A DNA stretch of 64,000 nt, from NCBI GenBank assembly GCA_002633005.1, contig NMRA01000282.1:495460-559459 (forward strand). Direction: 5' to 3'. This DNA is from Phoronis australis. Taxonomy: Eukaryota > Animalia > Phoronida. Below are positions 12,092 to 25,339 of this stretch, one piece after another (position 1 is the first letter of the stretch; the number at the start of each line of letters is the position of its first letter). Position numbers and translations under genes: made by a program. The notes under the pieces were generated by a model. It was not told where the DNA came from. It searched no databases and saw only the letters and a list, made by a program, of their open reading frames with translations.

Positions 12092-15000
12092 TTACGCAAA
12101 CACGCAATTACATTCAAATTGAGCTTCTTGAAAACCGGCGGTCAATACTTCTCTCTACTTTGCTAGATTTGTACAAAGTAGAGTACGTAAGTAATGGTGG
12201 GACAGAAGCTGATGTCTCAGCATACACAACTCAGAATCTCCTTAAGAAGATCAAGGACCAATTTGGAGACAGAATTCAAGTGAGATGGTCAAATCAACGG
12301 AAAGGCAATTTTAGTTTTAGCTCCGCTGTAACAGAAGAAACTGCATTTGTTCAGCAGCGAGGTGAAACTGAAAAAACTACCAAAATGACAAACTGAGATG
12401 GACTGCTCTTCATCTTCGGTCTCAAATCTTGCAACTGCCTAAGTCAAAGACACCTATTCCAACAACAGTGCAGAATTTGAAATCATGTGCACCAAAGATA
12501 CCGCAGCAACTTGAACTGTTCTACGAACACTTCTCGGTGGCATTACAATATCCAACTCTCAAAGAGAATCCATTGACCGCAAAGTGACCGCAATGGCATG
12601 TGACGCCATTTACAACGTTACCCGTGGTAATGTGAGGCCGTGGAAGCACACGTCCCTGGGACTTGGTCTGTCTTCTCTGACAGGTTCAAAACTGTCTTTG
12701 CAGGTTCTAAACAGAGCAGGACATTCCATCGGCTACAAGGAAAGCAAAGGCCTTCAGAATGAGTTTGCGTATTCCATAGAGTCGTATGAACGCGAAGCAC
12801 CGGATCGTATTCGACTCCTTCCTAATCCAGCCACTGCCTCTGTTTGGGATAATAATGACCCAAACGTCAAACATTGGATGGCATGTCAACACTGCACGCA
12901 ACTATTGGTCATAGCTGGTGGAAGAAGAAAGGGAAGATGCTTTTGCTGCACTGTTCTTTCGAGAAGAAAGGAATCGACGACAGTTTGTGGGGGTAGAGCG
13001 TGAAGTGCGGCCATTCAGAAAATTTCTTAAGGACGTTACTTTTTCAAGTATCAACATAAACTCTGCTCAAACACGTGCCAATCTTGTCTGAGGCAGTGAA
13101 GTAAACTACAAGAACATACAGCTCAACTTGTTTGATCTCTACTGGTTTTTGAAACTAAGGGAAGGTAACACTCCATTGCATGCTGCATGAGCAGTTACAT
13201 ACGGGACCCATTGCCTCTTCAAAGGATCTGTTACATGGACCAAATCACCAACCAACAACGATGTTGTTAAATAAACTATGATCCGCACAATGAATGTAGC
13301 CATAGAGACTAGGCAGTTGTCACATATGACTTGGCAGTTCCTTTAAAAGCCTACGCTACACAAAAACTTGAAAGACCATTATTTGATAAGCTGTTGATAA
13401 TGCTCGGCAATTTTCATACGGAGCTGACTTTTTATGGAGCTGTGGGAACCATAGTAAATGGAAGTGGCATAGAGTTCCTACTTTCAGAGACTGGTATCTT
13501 GGCAGAAGGGTCAATGATGGGCTTCATTAAAGGAAAATTCTACAACAGGTGCACTCGAATTCACGAGCTTCTTGCTAACGTTTTGGAGGGTAACATGTAC
13601 CAAAAATTTCAGCATGACTTGGCTCCGGAGGAATGTGAATCGTTCCTTACGGTTATGACCGCAGTCCCTTCAGATCCAGAACAAATAGAGGCAAACCTTG
13701 ATGACCCTGTGATCACTCAGCATCTCCAGAAGTATGAAAATGTCTTTCACACAGTGATTAATGGTAAATATGGCAAAACTGCTCAGTTTTGAGCAACCTA
13801 CATCTTTCTCATAAACCGCGCGCACAGAGAACTCCAAAGATGCGTCAAGACCAATGACGTTAGTGGTTATATCAACATTTTGCCGACAATGCTAGATGTA
13901 TTCTTTGCCCTGAACCGCCCAAACTACACCAGATGGGGAACGTTGTTTTACCAAAAATTGAAATTTGCAGACCCACAATTGCGCGAAGTGCTGGAAAACG
14001 GAGAGTTTCCAGTGCGACGTACTAGAAACAACTTCAGTAGATCGGCTGTTGACCTCTATTTGGAACAATCCGTCAACAGGGATGCAGCATCGAGCATGAC
14101 AGGGATAGTGGCTTTCCGCAACTCAGAGAATGCAATGCGTCGATGTTCCCTCTCTATGACACTAAGGGCAATGGCTGTAACTGAACTTGGAACATTTGCA
14201 GGACTTGAAATCGGGGAGAATGCAAAGAGTCAGTGCAGTCCTTCAAGAGTCAAAAAAGATAACGAACAGATGGCATCACTCAGTGTCAAAATTGACAATT
14301 TCTGCAATCCGTTTGAGAACAATGCTCCACTGGGTCTGGTTAATATCGCAACTGGCCAAGAAGCATCCCAAGCAACGGAAGACTACCTGATCAATGCGCT
14401 GATCCGAGGCCATGATGCGAGGGAGAAATTCCAACAGGAATGGGAAAATGACAGCAGTAGGTTTCTGCGACCAGTTAAACGTACAGCTGTCCAAAATTTT
14501 GCTGCTGAAAGCGTGAAGAATAAAGCCAAGTCATCGGCCTCCCAGAGAAACAAGACAGCCGTAGAGAGTCTAAGAGATTTGTTCATACGCATAGTCGTAG
14601 TTGTAGCAGAGAGGGCAGACTTCGATCTTCGACAACTTCTGATATCACATCCTGTCACACCTTATCCATTAGCATTTGCTCACTGCGATGGAGCGCTCGT
14701 CAAAACGGAAAAGTCTGCTTTGCTGAAAAAAACTTGAATTGTTGCAGACAGAACCTATAACAAATGGAGATTTTCTATACTACTACGTGAAGGTTTTTGT
14801 TGGTGGACTTCTTCTACATTAAGTCATCTCACAGACGAGAATAGATGCAACTTACGAATCAGTTGCACGATCGATATTATCAGTGGTCTGTTCGGGGAGG
14901 GCAGAGGAAGCTTACTTGTGTCTAGACAAGTACGTAGAAAACTCCTTTTGGCGGAATGGAGAAAAGACCATATTTTGGCATAAGTTTAGTGGGAAAACCT

Positions 15001-17916
15001 CATTTGTTTCCCACGGTGGTGACTGCTACCAGTTCTTTCCCGACTATAACCAGCAAATCATGGTGACAAAACCTGCCCATCTCCAAGGTGACCACGAGGA
15101 AGCGGATACGCTGATTGCGTTCCACGTCGCAAACATTCCAATCGGTCATGTTATGGTAAGGACTTCAGATACAGATGTTTTAGTAATCTTGCTTGGTACA
15201 CTCGGACAACAGCGGCGAGAAATAAGATCCACGACTAACGTCGTCATGGACAGTGGGATGGAAAATAACAGAAGATTTATCAACATTTCCGACATAGCAA
15301 ACGCTCTTGAAGAGCGCAAGTACGGACTTGGCAGAGCAATGCCTGGATATACCATGCCTTCACTGAATGTGATCTGCCTTTTATAGTATATTATCGAAAT
15401 CTTGATTTTTGACAAGAATTGAATGAATTCGATTACAGTGAGGAGAATTGATTGAATTCGATTAGCTGTGATTGCGTCTGCCATGTAAATGAAGTCTAAG
15501 TAACGTATTATGGTTGCCTCCTTTAAATAAAAAAGGTTTCTATTATGAATTAGTTTTACACGTCATTCCTTATTTTTCAGAAAAGGCAAAATTAAGCCCT
15601 TGGACATTGTTGAAAGTGATGGAAGGTTCATCAATATCTTCGCTAGTTTTGGAAATGTTCATGGCAGAATCGATGTCGGTTTAGTCGCTGAATTCGTATG
15701 TCACATGTACGCAAAAAAGTAAGCTCAAAGATGTTAACGAGGCCCGGTTCGTCAAACTTATGGACATGACTGGCAAAGTTGCTGAGGTATGTAGTGATAA
15801 CCTGTAAACAATATAAATATTCGATCTGATGATGTATAACTACAACCAAAGTCACCTGTGCTTATATTTTTTAATTTCCTTTCAGGAGAATCCACTTGCA
15901 AATGTAAAACGAATTGACTGTGCGTTGCTCCCACCTTGTCTCCGTAGCCTGCAGACTGAAGATTCGCCGAACTCAGTACGTCGCAGCGCTATGGACCCGT
16001 GCCACGACAGCATATCCCGGGGCTGGACTGACACCAACTGATTATGGTTGACATGCAACTGCAACTCACACACTTCTGCCAGTTTGGTTTGAGGGGTCCT
16101 TTCTCCCTGACATATTGTTCAGTTCGAATGCAGAAGTCAACAACAGTAACCTTGGGAATGAAGCAACCAGCAATAGAGATAGTTCTTCTGAAGAACTGTC
16201 AGATTCCGAAGATGATCCACGGAGTGAAGACTCCGACTCTGATGAAGAGGATTAATTACGGCACTTTGGATTTGACTAAAACATGAGCAGTGAATAAGTT
16301 GGCTCATTGGAATGAGATGAATATTGGTTATAGTGATAAGTCTCCTTTTATATTTTTGTGTTTGTTACTCATGTATGGTGTTCTTCGAAAAGGATGAAAA
16401 AACCTTTATGGCACCTGAAGTTTGGTTCATATAGTCGTCTTAAAGCTGTAACGTAGATAAAACACTCTGTTCATGTTGCGAACTTGTTATTCACAATGCT
16501 CGGGAATAACGAGTCCTGATAGTTTTTCAGTTAAGTTAGTTTGATAAGCATTTTGTTTGCCCGACACAGATATTCGGGCGATAGAACTGTTCACTTGATG
16601 TCTTCGTGGTACAGTTAAAACTCGTTCAAATTGATTAATCATGGACATGGTATACGTTGTTCAATCATCGTGGCGACGGCCCCAAGGATTCATCAGGGTG
16701 AGGGGTATGCAATCATTTTGTGTCATCTTTTTTGGAAATCGTGACTGGTTTGCAGTTAAACTAAATAAAGCTTCTTGTTTATGTTTCACTAATTTATTTT
16801 TATTATTACTAGAGTATGTGCATTTGAATAGGGAGAGTGGGGCATCTAATAAAGGTCAACCGAGCATGGACTAAATCTCCACTTGCTACTGCCCCACAGC
16901 GTTGTTGCATGTGGAGTGTTGCTGGGCATTATGCAAATTGTTTCAAACGGTTACTTGGTGGGTTGATCTACCTCAACTCCGGTATTTGGGCGTGTCTGGC
17001 GGGGCTAACGCACCACTAGATTTGTCTGGCAGTGCTTATTCGTGATACCCGGGGCTACGGTGAATATTTTGCAACTGGTTTCGCGCGGTTACCTCTTGGA
17101 TTGATCTAGCTCTATTTTAGCCCTTTTTGATAATCGTCTGGCAAGGGCACCCCACCGCAGAAATTGTCTGGCATCTAATTTTGTGCCATGTTCAGTGATG
17201 CTGAACATCGTGCAATTGGTTTCAAACGGTTACCGGATGGATTGATCTAGCTCAATTCTGGTATTTGGGCGTGTCTGGCGGGGGTAACCCACCACTATAT
17301 TTGTCTGGCACTGTTCATTCGTGATAGCTGGGCTCACGGTTAATATTTTGCGACTAGTTTCAAGCGGTTACCTCTTGGATTGATCTAGCTCAATTTTTGT
17401 ACCCTGTATATATTCGTCTGGCGGGTAGTCCCCACCATTGAAATTGTCTGGCAGTGGCCAATTTTGATACAGTGGATTACGTAGTAGGTATTCAAGGGAG
17501 TTTGAAGTGGTTACCAGAAGAGTTGATATAGCTCAATTTCCGAGTGTCATTCTCTTGGCTCCCCTGACCACACCCACCAGAGCGAACCTGCCAGACGGCC
17601 ATTTCCAAGCATCAGGATACCCATAGAGCACTGTGGCACCAAAGAAAATTGGTTACCTTTTCATGCCCAAAAAAGATCTGGGATCCCGGTCTAAGATGAG
17701 CAAAAGTGTATTGCCAATCACCTTCGCTAACTATTAAATTTTATTGTTGTGAAACATGATCGGTGCAACAACCAATTTTTCGTCATCGATGGTTCATAGA
17801 GTACAACATTTAGATGCGGTTCACTCAACGCCAAGTCAACACCCTGCTACTCAACTGCGCCCTCACTAGGCGGTTGTTTTGGAAATTATAGTACTGAATT
17901 CCTCAACTGTCGACTC

Positions 17917-18176
17917 CTAGTCTCTGAAAGTGATACACATATTGATACTTTCTGAGAACACAACAACAGAGCAGCAAGGATTTTTTCTACAACGGTTCAA
18001 ACAATGGACCATGCTTCGGACATATTCAGAGTCTATCTCCTGAACTTTCTTGGTGCTGTTTACAGACACGAATTTCTCAATAACACGAGCGTATATTGTG
18101 ACTTGTCCAGGGTTCAAATAGTTCAGTTCTCTGCAGGAGTCTGCCGCAGAGGATGTCTGGCAAACTTCAGTACAGC
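17917..18176 (-). CDS. PAN/apple-like terminal exon (haplotype A copy of 22466-22725)
   Basis: ttttacag acceptor, phase 1, open to TAG; SMVHCLNRCRKNPCC...NMC cysteine pattern. Confidence 0.6.
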
Positions 18177-18637
18177 CTGTAAAACATCACAGATATTTTT
18201 ACTTCTAAAATCTATTGACAAATTCACAGAAACACTAGCCCATTTAGATTGTCACAACATTTCGGTTGGTCATGTATCCGGCTATTTTCAGCTATTGCAA
18301 GCTTACAGCGTTTTTCGAGGCACAGGCACGGGTGGTCATAGATTAGAACTATTTTCATAGACCACGGTTGGGTTTGAAGCTGGGTGTGGATCTTTCGGTT
18401 CTTAGTATCGCACTCGGTGACACCTGAAGATGTCAGGAGAAAGGACTGACCGAAACTTCGTGACAATATCATGAAATGGCTTTTAGATATCATCTTACTA
18501 CGCCACCGCCTCAAATAGGTTTGAGAAAGCTTTGTTTTTCATTATTTTCATCATTTCAGTGAATGACAGTAACAAATACTTACACATCTACTCCACTGCT
18601 TCGTCACCGGGCTTTAAAACATCAGTGTAAAAATTTN

Positions 18638-21600
18638 GCCGTGCCCCAGATGTTGTCTCTACTTGAGAATGAGTCGTGATCACACAACCAAAATAATGAA
18701 CTGTCGGAATTCTGGGCCCAGTCTCGAATCTTTGTACTCGAAATGGACCTCGAAATAATGTTTGGCATTTTTTAATCTACTTTTGTGCGAACTCAAGATA
18801 AGTGTCCATTACTCAATGCTCGAATACATAATGACTTACGTGGATGATTGCTTAGTTATATTTTGCAGTTGACAAAACCAACATTAAAGCTAAAAGTTTG
18901 AGTTTAAACTCGAAATTTCGAATTTTTACTCGAGTTTGTAGTACGCATATAAGCGTTTTTAAGTGCAAACTTGGACTAGAAACTCATATGCATGAACTAT
19001 AATTATTCAAGCACAATCTGAGTTCGCACAAAAGGAGCAGAGAAATTGCCAAAAATAATTTCCAGTTCGTTTCGAGTACAAAGATTAGAGGCCGGGCCCA
19101 GGGTTTGGAATGGTGGAAATTCAAAGTAGTGATCTTTAGAAGATAACGAACCTTACTGGACCTTCGGAGTATTGAACCTTCGTCATAATGACATGGAACC
19201 CTGGAAATCTTTTCCATCTAGTTTGTGGCTACTGTGAAGTCTGCAGGGTTGTGCACCATTGACATTGATTGACTAGAGAAGATTTTCATTGACCAAAGTT
19301 GAGGTCTATGCCTACCTTTCCATCATAACGTGAAAATGTTCAGCGGTGTATTCTCAGTGCAAGAAAACACATTAGTTGAATGTCTGGCTTTTAGCAAGGC
19401 GGAGGACTGACTATAATGACCTTACTGTCAGCATGTTCTGAATTTAAAAGAACAGAAACTTTCAAACGTGTACACGCATGCATGTCAATCCATCCAACAA
19501 TCAAAGTGGACACTAGCTGGTTGAACAACATATTTGCAAACTTTGGCGATCACTTTCAATTCAAAATTTGAAAATGCCTACATTTCTACCGTACTATGGT
19601 TGCAATTAAACCAAAAATAGCAGAATAACAAATCTCAATTTTTCTGCTGTTGTGTTTCTTGGCCGAGTTTAAGGCATTCAAACCGCACTACTTTTTGGGA
19701 GTTCTCTCGTTGTTATTTACATTGACATGAAGCTTACTTAGGTCTTAGGGCTAGACTTTTATGCTTAGGTATAGACATTCACTTCTGGACTCACTTGTTA
19801 CCCTTTGTTGTAGCCACCACGCGCGTTGTTTATGAATAACATAAAGCCTTCTCTTATCGTATGCACGATCCTGTCATCTACACAAACAGCAGCACTCGGG
19901 CGAAGTTTGCCGAGTTCGCTCCGACGCCACGTGACGCGGTTTGAATCAAAAGCGGATTCAAAATTATTGCTAACTTAGTTATCATTGTAGTTAGCACCAG
20001 TAGCTGCAACAATTTTGTTGTTATTGTCCAATTAAACCCTATCTTTAACGAATATGCTGAGGGGTGGACCTTTTCAGCGGGGTAGGGGTTCGATCGAACC
20101 TCCCGAACCCTCCCCCGGCTACGGCCTATGGGCCTGTACTATTAATAATAAAAGTAAAAAGGTGAAGCATAAGCTAGATTCTTTATTTAATTAAACTGCA
20201 ATTCAGTCACTATTTCCAAAAATATTATACATAGTGGTTGGATACCCCTTTCCCCAATGTGGATGCCCGGGTCCGTCGCCACGGTGGCTGAGCACCATAC
20301 ACAACATCTATGGAACGTGTTTTTTTATTCACTTTGAAGACAAATAGCGAACAGTTCCATTGCCCGCATATCTGTATCGTGCCAATGAAATGATTGTCAA
20401 TCTAACTAAACTAAAAAATAATAGGACTCATTATACCCACGAATCAGTTGTGAATAACATGTTCGCAACATGAACAGAATTTTTTATCTACGTTACAGCT
20501 TTGATAGTTTCCACGAAATCTAACACGACTTTACGTACCCAATATCAGGTGGCGCAGAGGCGTTTTCAGCCTTTTTGGAGAACACCATATCAAACATAAA
20601 AAATACAGACTGTTTCAAAGACAGGTCAACAGCCGATCTATTGAAATTCTTTCTCGTACGTAGCACTGAGAACGCACCGTTTTCCAGCGCTTCACGTAAT
20701 ACTGGGTTTGCCAATTTCAACTTTTGATAAAACAATGTTCCCCATCTGACGTAGTTTGGGCGGTTCAGGGCAAAGAATGCATCTAGCGTAGTCAGAAAAA
20801 TGTTGATATAGCCACTGACGTCATTGTTCTTGACGCATCTCTGGAGTTCTTTGTGGGCTCGGTTTATGAGAAAGACGAAGATTGCCCAAAACTGGCCAGC
20901 TTTGCCAAACTTGCCATTAGTCACTGTGCGAAATGAAGGTAGATGGAGCGCAAACATAACGCAGGCGACAGCAAAAGAGGCTTTTTTATTATTATTCCTT
21001 TTAGCAGTTGCATCAAATGGCTCGTCCGAAAAACAAAGGGACGCAGTTTAGACTGGTAAGATAGGACAACGAAAAATGGAAATTAGTGAAAACACAATGT
21101 GCTATCCGTCTTGGACGGGTTTTTAGGTTTTGTTTTTAATAGTGAATTATGTGGAGTATTCCGTTGTTTTCACATGGACTTGTGTGGTCGCTCCAGCCTC
21201 AGGCGCGATTTTTCTGGTTTTCATGCCCTGACATAAACCTGCATACATAAATCTCACCTTGTGCGGTGACCTATGTCGTACAGACTTAGTGGCTCTATTG
21301 AAAAACGAAGTGCCTGGTTCCTGATTGTGATGCTTATTCAGCGTGAAGTGGGCTTATAATCAATTTTGTTTCGACTCTTTAGTTGTCTGATGGAGGCATC
21401 TTACTGTTTTGCCACGTGCAATGATGCTGAACATCGGGCGATTGGTTTCAAGCGGTTTCCTGGTGGGTTGATCTAGCTCAACTCAGGTATTTGGGCGTGT
21501 CTGGCGGGGATAACCCACCACTAGATTTGTCTGGCAGTATTTATTCTTGATACCTGGGCTTACGGCAAATATTTTGCAACTGGTTTCATGCGGTTACCTC

Positions 21601-23185
21601 TTGGGTTGATCTAGCTCAATTCATGTATTTGGACGTGTCTGGCGGGGCTAACCCACCACTAGATTTGTCTGTCAGTGTTTATTGGTGATACCTTGACTTA
21701 CGGTGAATATTTTGGAACTGGTTTTAGACGGTTACCTCTTGGGTTGATCTAGCTCAATTTTTAACCCTTTTTGATAATCGTCTGACAGGGGCACCCCACC
21801 ACTGAAATTGTCTGGCATCTAACTGTTGTGTCATGTTCAGTGATGCTGAACATCGTGCAGTTGGTTTCAAACGGTTACCTGATGGGTTGATCTAGCTCAG
21901 TTTAGGTATTTGGGCGTGTCTGGCGGGGGTAACCCACCACTAGATTTGTCTGGCAGTGTTCATTCGTGATACCTGGGCTTAGGGTGAATATTTTGCGACT
22001 GGTTTTAAGCGGTTACCTCTTGGATTGATCTAGCTCAATTTTTGTAACCTGTATATGTTCGTCTCAGTGGCGGGTACTCCCCACCACAGAAATTGTCTGG
22101 CAGTGACCAATTTTGATGACGTAGCAGGTATCGAAGGCAGTTTTAAGTTGTTACCAGAAAAGTTGATCTAGCTCAATTTTTGAGTGTAATTCTCTTGGCT
22201 CCCCTGACCACACCCACCAGAGCGAACCTGGGATCCCGGTCTAAGATGAGCAAAAGTGTTTTGCCAATCACCTTCGCTAACTATTAACTTTTATTGTTGT
22301 GAAACATGATCGGTGCAACAACCAATTTTTCGTCATCGATGGTTCATAGAGTACAACATTTAGATGCGGTTCACTCGACGCCAAGTCAACACCCTGCTAC
22401 TCAACTGCGCCCTCACTAGGCGGTTTTTTTTTAATTATAGTACTGAATTCCTCAACTGTCGACTCCTAGTCTCTGAAAGTGATGCACATATTGATACTTT
22501 CTGAGAACACAACAACAGAGCAGCAAGGATTTTTTCTACAACGGTTCAAACAGTGGACCATGCTTCGGACATATTCAGAGTCTATCTTCTGAACTTTCTT
22601 GGTGCTGTTTACAGACACAAATTTCTCAATAACACGAGCGTATATTGTGACTTGTCCAGGGTTCAAATAGTTCAGTTCTCTGCAGGAGTCTGCCGCAGAG
22701 GATGTCTGACAAACTTCAGTACAGCCTGTAAAACATCACAGATATTTTTAATTCTAAAATCTATTGACAAATTCACAGAAACACTAGCCCATTTAGATTG
22801 TCACAACATTTCGGTTGGTCATGTATCCGGCTATTTTCAGCTATTGCAAGCTTACAGCGTTTTTAGAGGCACAGGCACGGGTGGTCATAGATTAGAACTA
22901 TTTTCATAGACCACGGTTGGATTTGAAGCTGGGTGTGGATCTTTCGGCTCTCAGTATCGCACTCGGTAACACCTGAAGATGTCAGGAGAAAGGACTGACC
23001 GAAACTTCGTGACAATATCATGAAATGGCTTTTAGATATCATCTTACTACGCCACCGCCTCAAATAGGTTTGAGAAAGCTTTGTTTTTCATTATTTTCAT
23101 CATTTCAATGAATGACAGTAACAAATACTTACACATCTACTCCACTGCTTCGTCACCGGGCTTTAAAACATCAGTGTAAAAATTT
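18638..23185. repeat. Alternate-haplotype copy of 4272-7908 + 17694-18636, lacking Academ element 2
   Basis: Begins right after N at 18637 with gccgtgccccagatg (= 4272); highly similar with scattered SNPs and indels; ...ggtcta|agatgag junction at 22243/22244. Confidence 0.9.
22466..22725 (-). CDS. PAN/apple-like domain terminal exon of the kringle-PAN gene
   Basis: Acceptor ttttacag|GC at 22725, phase 1 matching the kringle donor; GCTEVCQ...SMVHCLNRCRKNPCCSVVVFSESINMCITFRD*. The PAN assignment rests on Cys spacing only. Confidence 0.6.
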
Positions 23186-23530
23186 AGCGTTGAGTTAGGC
23201 CAGGTCCTAAGTCCGGATGTAGTGAGAACAATTGCAATCGACAACTGATGCTGCTTTTTGTTAAAAGTGCGAAACGTTATGTCTGATGTTACAAATTTTT
23301 CTAGTTCAGATTTCTAAGTTGAAACTACCGCTGCCTTCAAGAGCCACGTTGATGGGCAATGAGTAAATTAAAATCCAAGTATCAACCGCATTAGCTACAA
23401 AACTGGACTTACTACTTAATGTAACGATATCCTGAAGATGAGCTGACAGGGCATCATATCTGGTTAGAGAATATGGTACCGTGTTCTGGACAAACAAAGA
23501 TTCATTATCGATTACGCATTATCCACTCAC

Positions 23531-23888
23531 CAGAACAAAATGGTACTGGACAATAGTCCCATATCACTGAAGGGTGAGTTGTAAAGCACCAGGGTGACTG
23601 TTTCCCGTCTGGGTTCCTGCAGTAGTTTTCAATTGTGTCCGCATTAAGCCTTATAGTATGAGTATGAGGAGTCTGTGCATCCCATCTCTGACAGGTCCTT
23701 CCTGACCTTGTGACTGACATGGTACCATTGTAATCCTTGCCGGACACAAAGAACTTACATTCACGGCCGTCTGTTGTAACTGTTGTCGAAAGAGGTCGAT
23801 TATGGCATTGTTTATTCGTTTGACAAATGGCCGCCAATAGAACAAATATGTAAACAGTAAAATTTGCAACATCGTTTCCTCGAAACAT
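23531..23888 (-). CDS. Signal-peptide-like leader plus kringle domain exon (plasminogen-type kringle)
   Basis: ATG 23888; hydrophobic FTVYIFVLLAAIC; ECK...GKDYNGTMSVTRSGRTCQRWD...ENYCRNPDG...PWCFT...WDYCPVPFC; donor G|GTGAGT at 23531/23530; alternative internal acceptor at 23770 gives a 240-nt phase 1-1 exon. Confidence 0.85.
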
Positions 23889-25028
23889 TCAGACACTGGT
23901 GTTCATGCACTCTGCTCCAAAAATTTCTTAGATTTTTTTAATATTTCATTTCTCATCAAACACTGGTTGAAAACTGACTTTTTGACTAGGTATATTTAAA
24001 GATGTATCACAGAAAACCGAGAAAGTAACTTAGTAAACTGTGACAGCTTTTTCGGCAGTTCGACTTGAACAATTTTATCAAAAACTTGGTCGTGTCATTG
24101 ATAAAGGTGTTTTGATATAAATTTACCTTTGTTTTTCACTACCTTTAAGTAAAAATTCATCACGACGAGATGTTGTCAGCAATAGGTCGGTATCATTTCC
24201 AAAATCAAATTCTAGTCATTTTCTACTTTCAGAAAATATATACTTTAATGAATTTAATTCACTAGTATTTGGCTGCATGTCGATCAGCTAAATCATGATC
24301 TTACGTAATATGCGATTGAATTTCTTTTACAAAAGTTTCATCAGTCGAGAAATAACATTAAAGTGAACTTTTGTAGATAGCAATCGACCTTGCATTTACG
24401 CTTTTTGCTATCCAAACTTCTTAGTTTAAAAAAAGAGAAGATCAATGTCCTTTAACTATGGTGGCCATTTTGAAGTCGTCCCTGACATCACCGTCCCCAC
24501 GTTCCCGCGTTCCACTGATCCCAAACTGATGCTGAATTGTCCTGTTGTTCCCCGGCGTTATTTTCCCCAGTATTGTTCGTTCCCAGTTCGACCCCATGTT
24601 CTCCCAATTCGATCGTACCGGGTCCCGATGTTCATTCTACTTCTTAGAACAAGTCCAAAATTAAACTTAAGTTGAAATTCAGAATTAACATTAATTTTCT
24701 GAGCTTGATGGAGGGTAGAATGGTGCGCGCCTTATTTGTCTGAGCCCTCGTGCTCAGGAATGGTGATGAAAATGCACGCCTATTTCTAAAGAAAAACATA
24801 CCTCGCGTGATTTCGCTCACACGTAATCAGTGGCACACGTTTAAATGTTTGGACGTTGCTTAGAGGTAATCAAGTAACATCCCTTGTAATTTGCATTGCC
24901 TATGCTCTACAATTATAGACCAAGTTTCACATATAGGCGGATACGTGAATGGGGGCCAGTTAGATTTCTATATATGTTTAAGGAATTTTCCGTAGACATT
25001 TCACCTCTATGGAAAACCGTGTGCTTAC

Positions 25029-25268
25029 CCGAACATAATGGAACCGGACAGTATTGCCATCTGACGGTAAGATTTGTTGTGTAGCACCATGGAGATTGGG
25101 CATGGGCTAACCCTGCATGTCGGCAGAAGTTTTCATGTACTCCTTCGAGATCGCCGTGAGTGTGTGGGTGTTGCGTATCCCATCGTTGACATGGTATGCC
25201 TAACATGGTAATGTTAATTGTTCCGTTGTACGAATATCCCCGACTTTCGTTCTTACAATCTTGATGGC
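25029..25268 (-). CDS. Kringle domain exon (240 nt, phase 1-1)
   Basis: ttttcacag acceptor, GTAAGC donor; DCK...YNGTINITMLGIPCQRWD...ENFCR...PWCYTT...WQYCPVPLC with all six Cys. Confidence 0.85.
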
Positions 25269-25339
25269 CTGTGAAAACAGCACACACGTTTTTACTTTTA
25301 AAGTCTATTGATCTACTTACACAAACTCTAGCCTCTCTA

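Larger units (their letters stand above)
9900..16255 (+). pseudogene. Academ transposase with XPG/PIN-like C-terminal domain; spliced, with many frameshifts and stops
   Basis: N-terminal CFIC, YHxxC, CIFC...AxYHKSC Zn-binding motifs; WDNND, TYDL, LGNFH, NYTRW, DLYLEQSVN (DDE core); HEEADT...TSDTDV, KGK and LLPPC (XPG-like); acidic tail ending TAA at 16253-16255. Candidate introns 9990-10690, ~15386-15580 and 15787-15885. The first exon (ATG 9900) is tentative because its phase does not match exon 2. Confidence 0.85.
7907..17693 (+). mobile_element. Full-size but degenerate Academ (AcademX-type) DNA transposon, element 2
   Basis: TAGACCGGGATCCCAGAG... / ...CTGGGATCCCGGTCTA termini; ~780-bp TIRs (7907-8688 / 16916-17693); internal transposase/XPG-like gene; absent in the alternate haplotype at 22243/22244. 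Confidence 0.9.

Noticed and set aside
10936-12396. Apparent novel transposase-RNase H fusion or accessory RNase H gene of Academ
   Set aside because: The RNase H segment is bounded by a 12-bp TSD and a tandem tail, and excising it restores the transposase frame, so it is a LINE insertion.
18004-18360. 118-aa plus-strand ORF repeated at 22553-22909
   Set aside because: Antisense shadow of the PAN exon and intron; the repetition reflects the haplotype duplicate and it is not conserved in the 44.6-kb paralog.
18638-23185. Third Academ copy or real tandem duplication with a second PAN exon
   Set aside because: Starts exactly at an N join, lacks its left part and is nearly identical to 4272-7908 + 17694-18636; best explained as the uncollapsed second haplotype.
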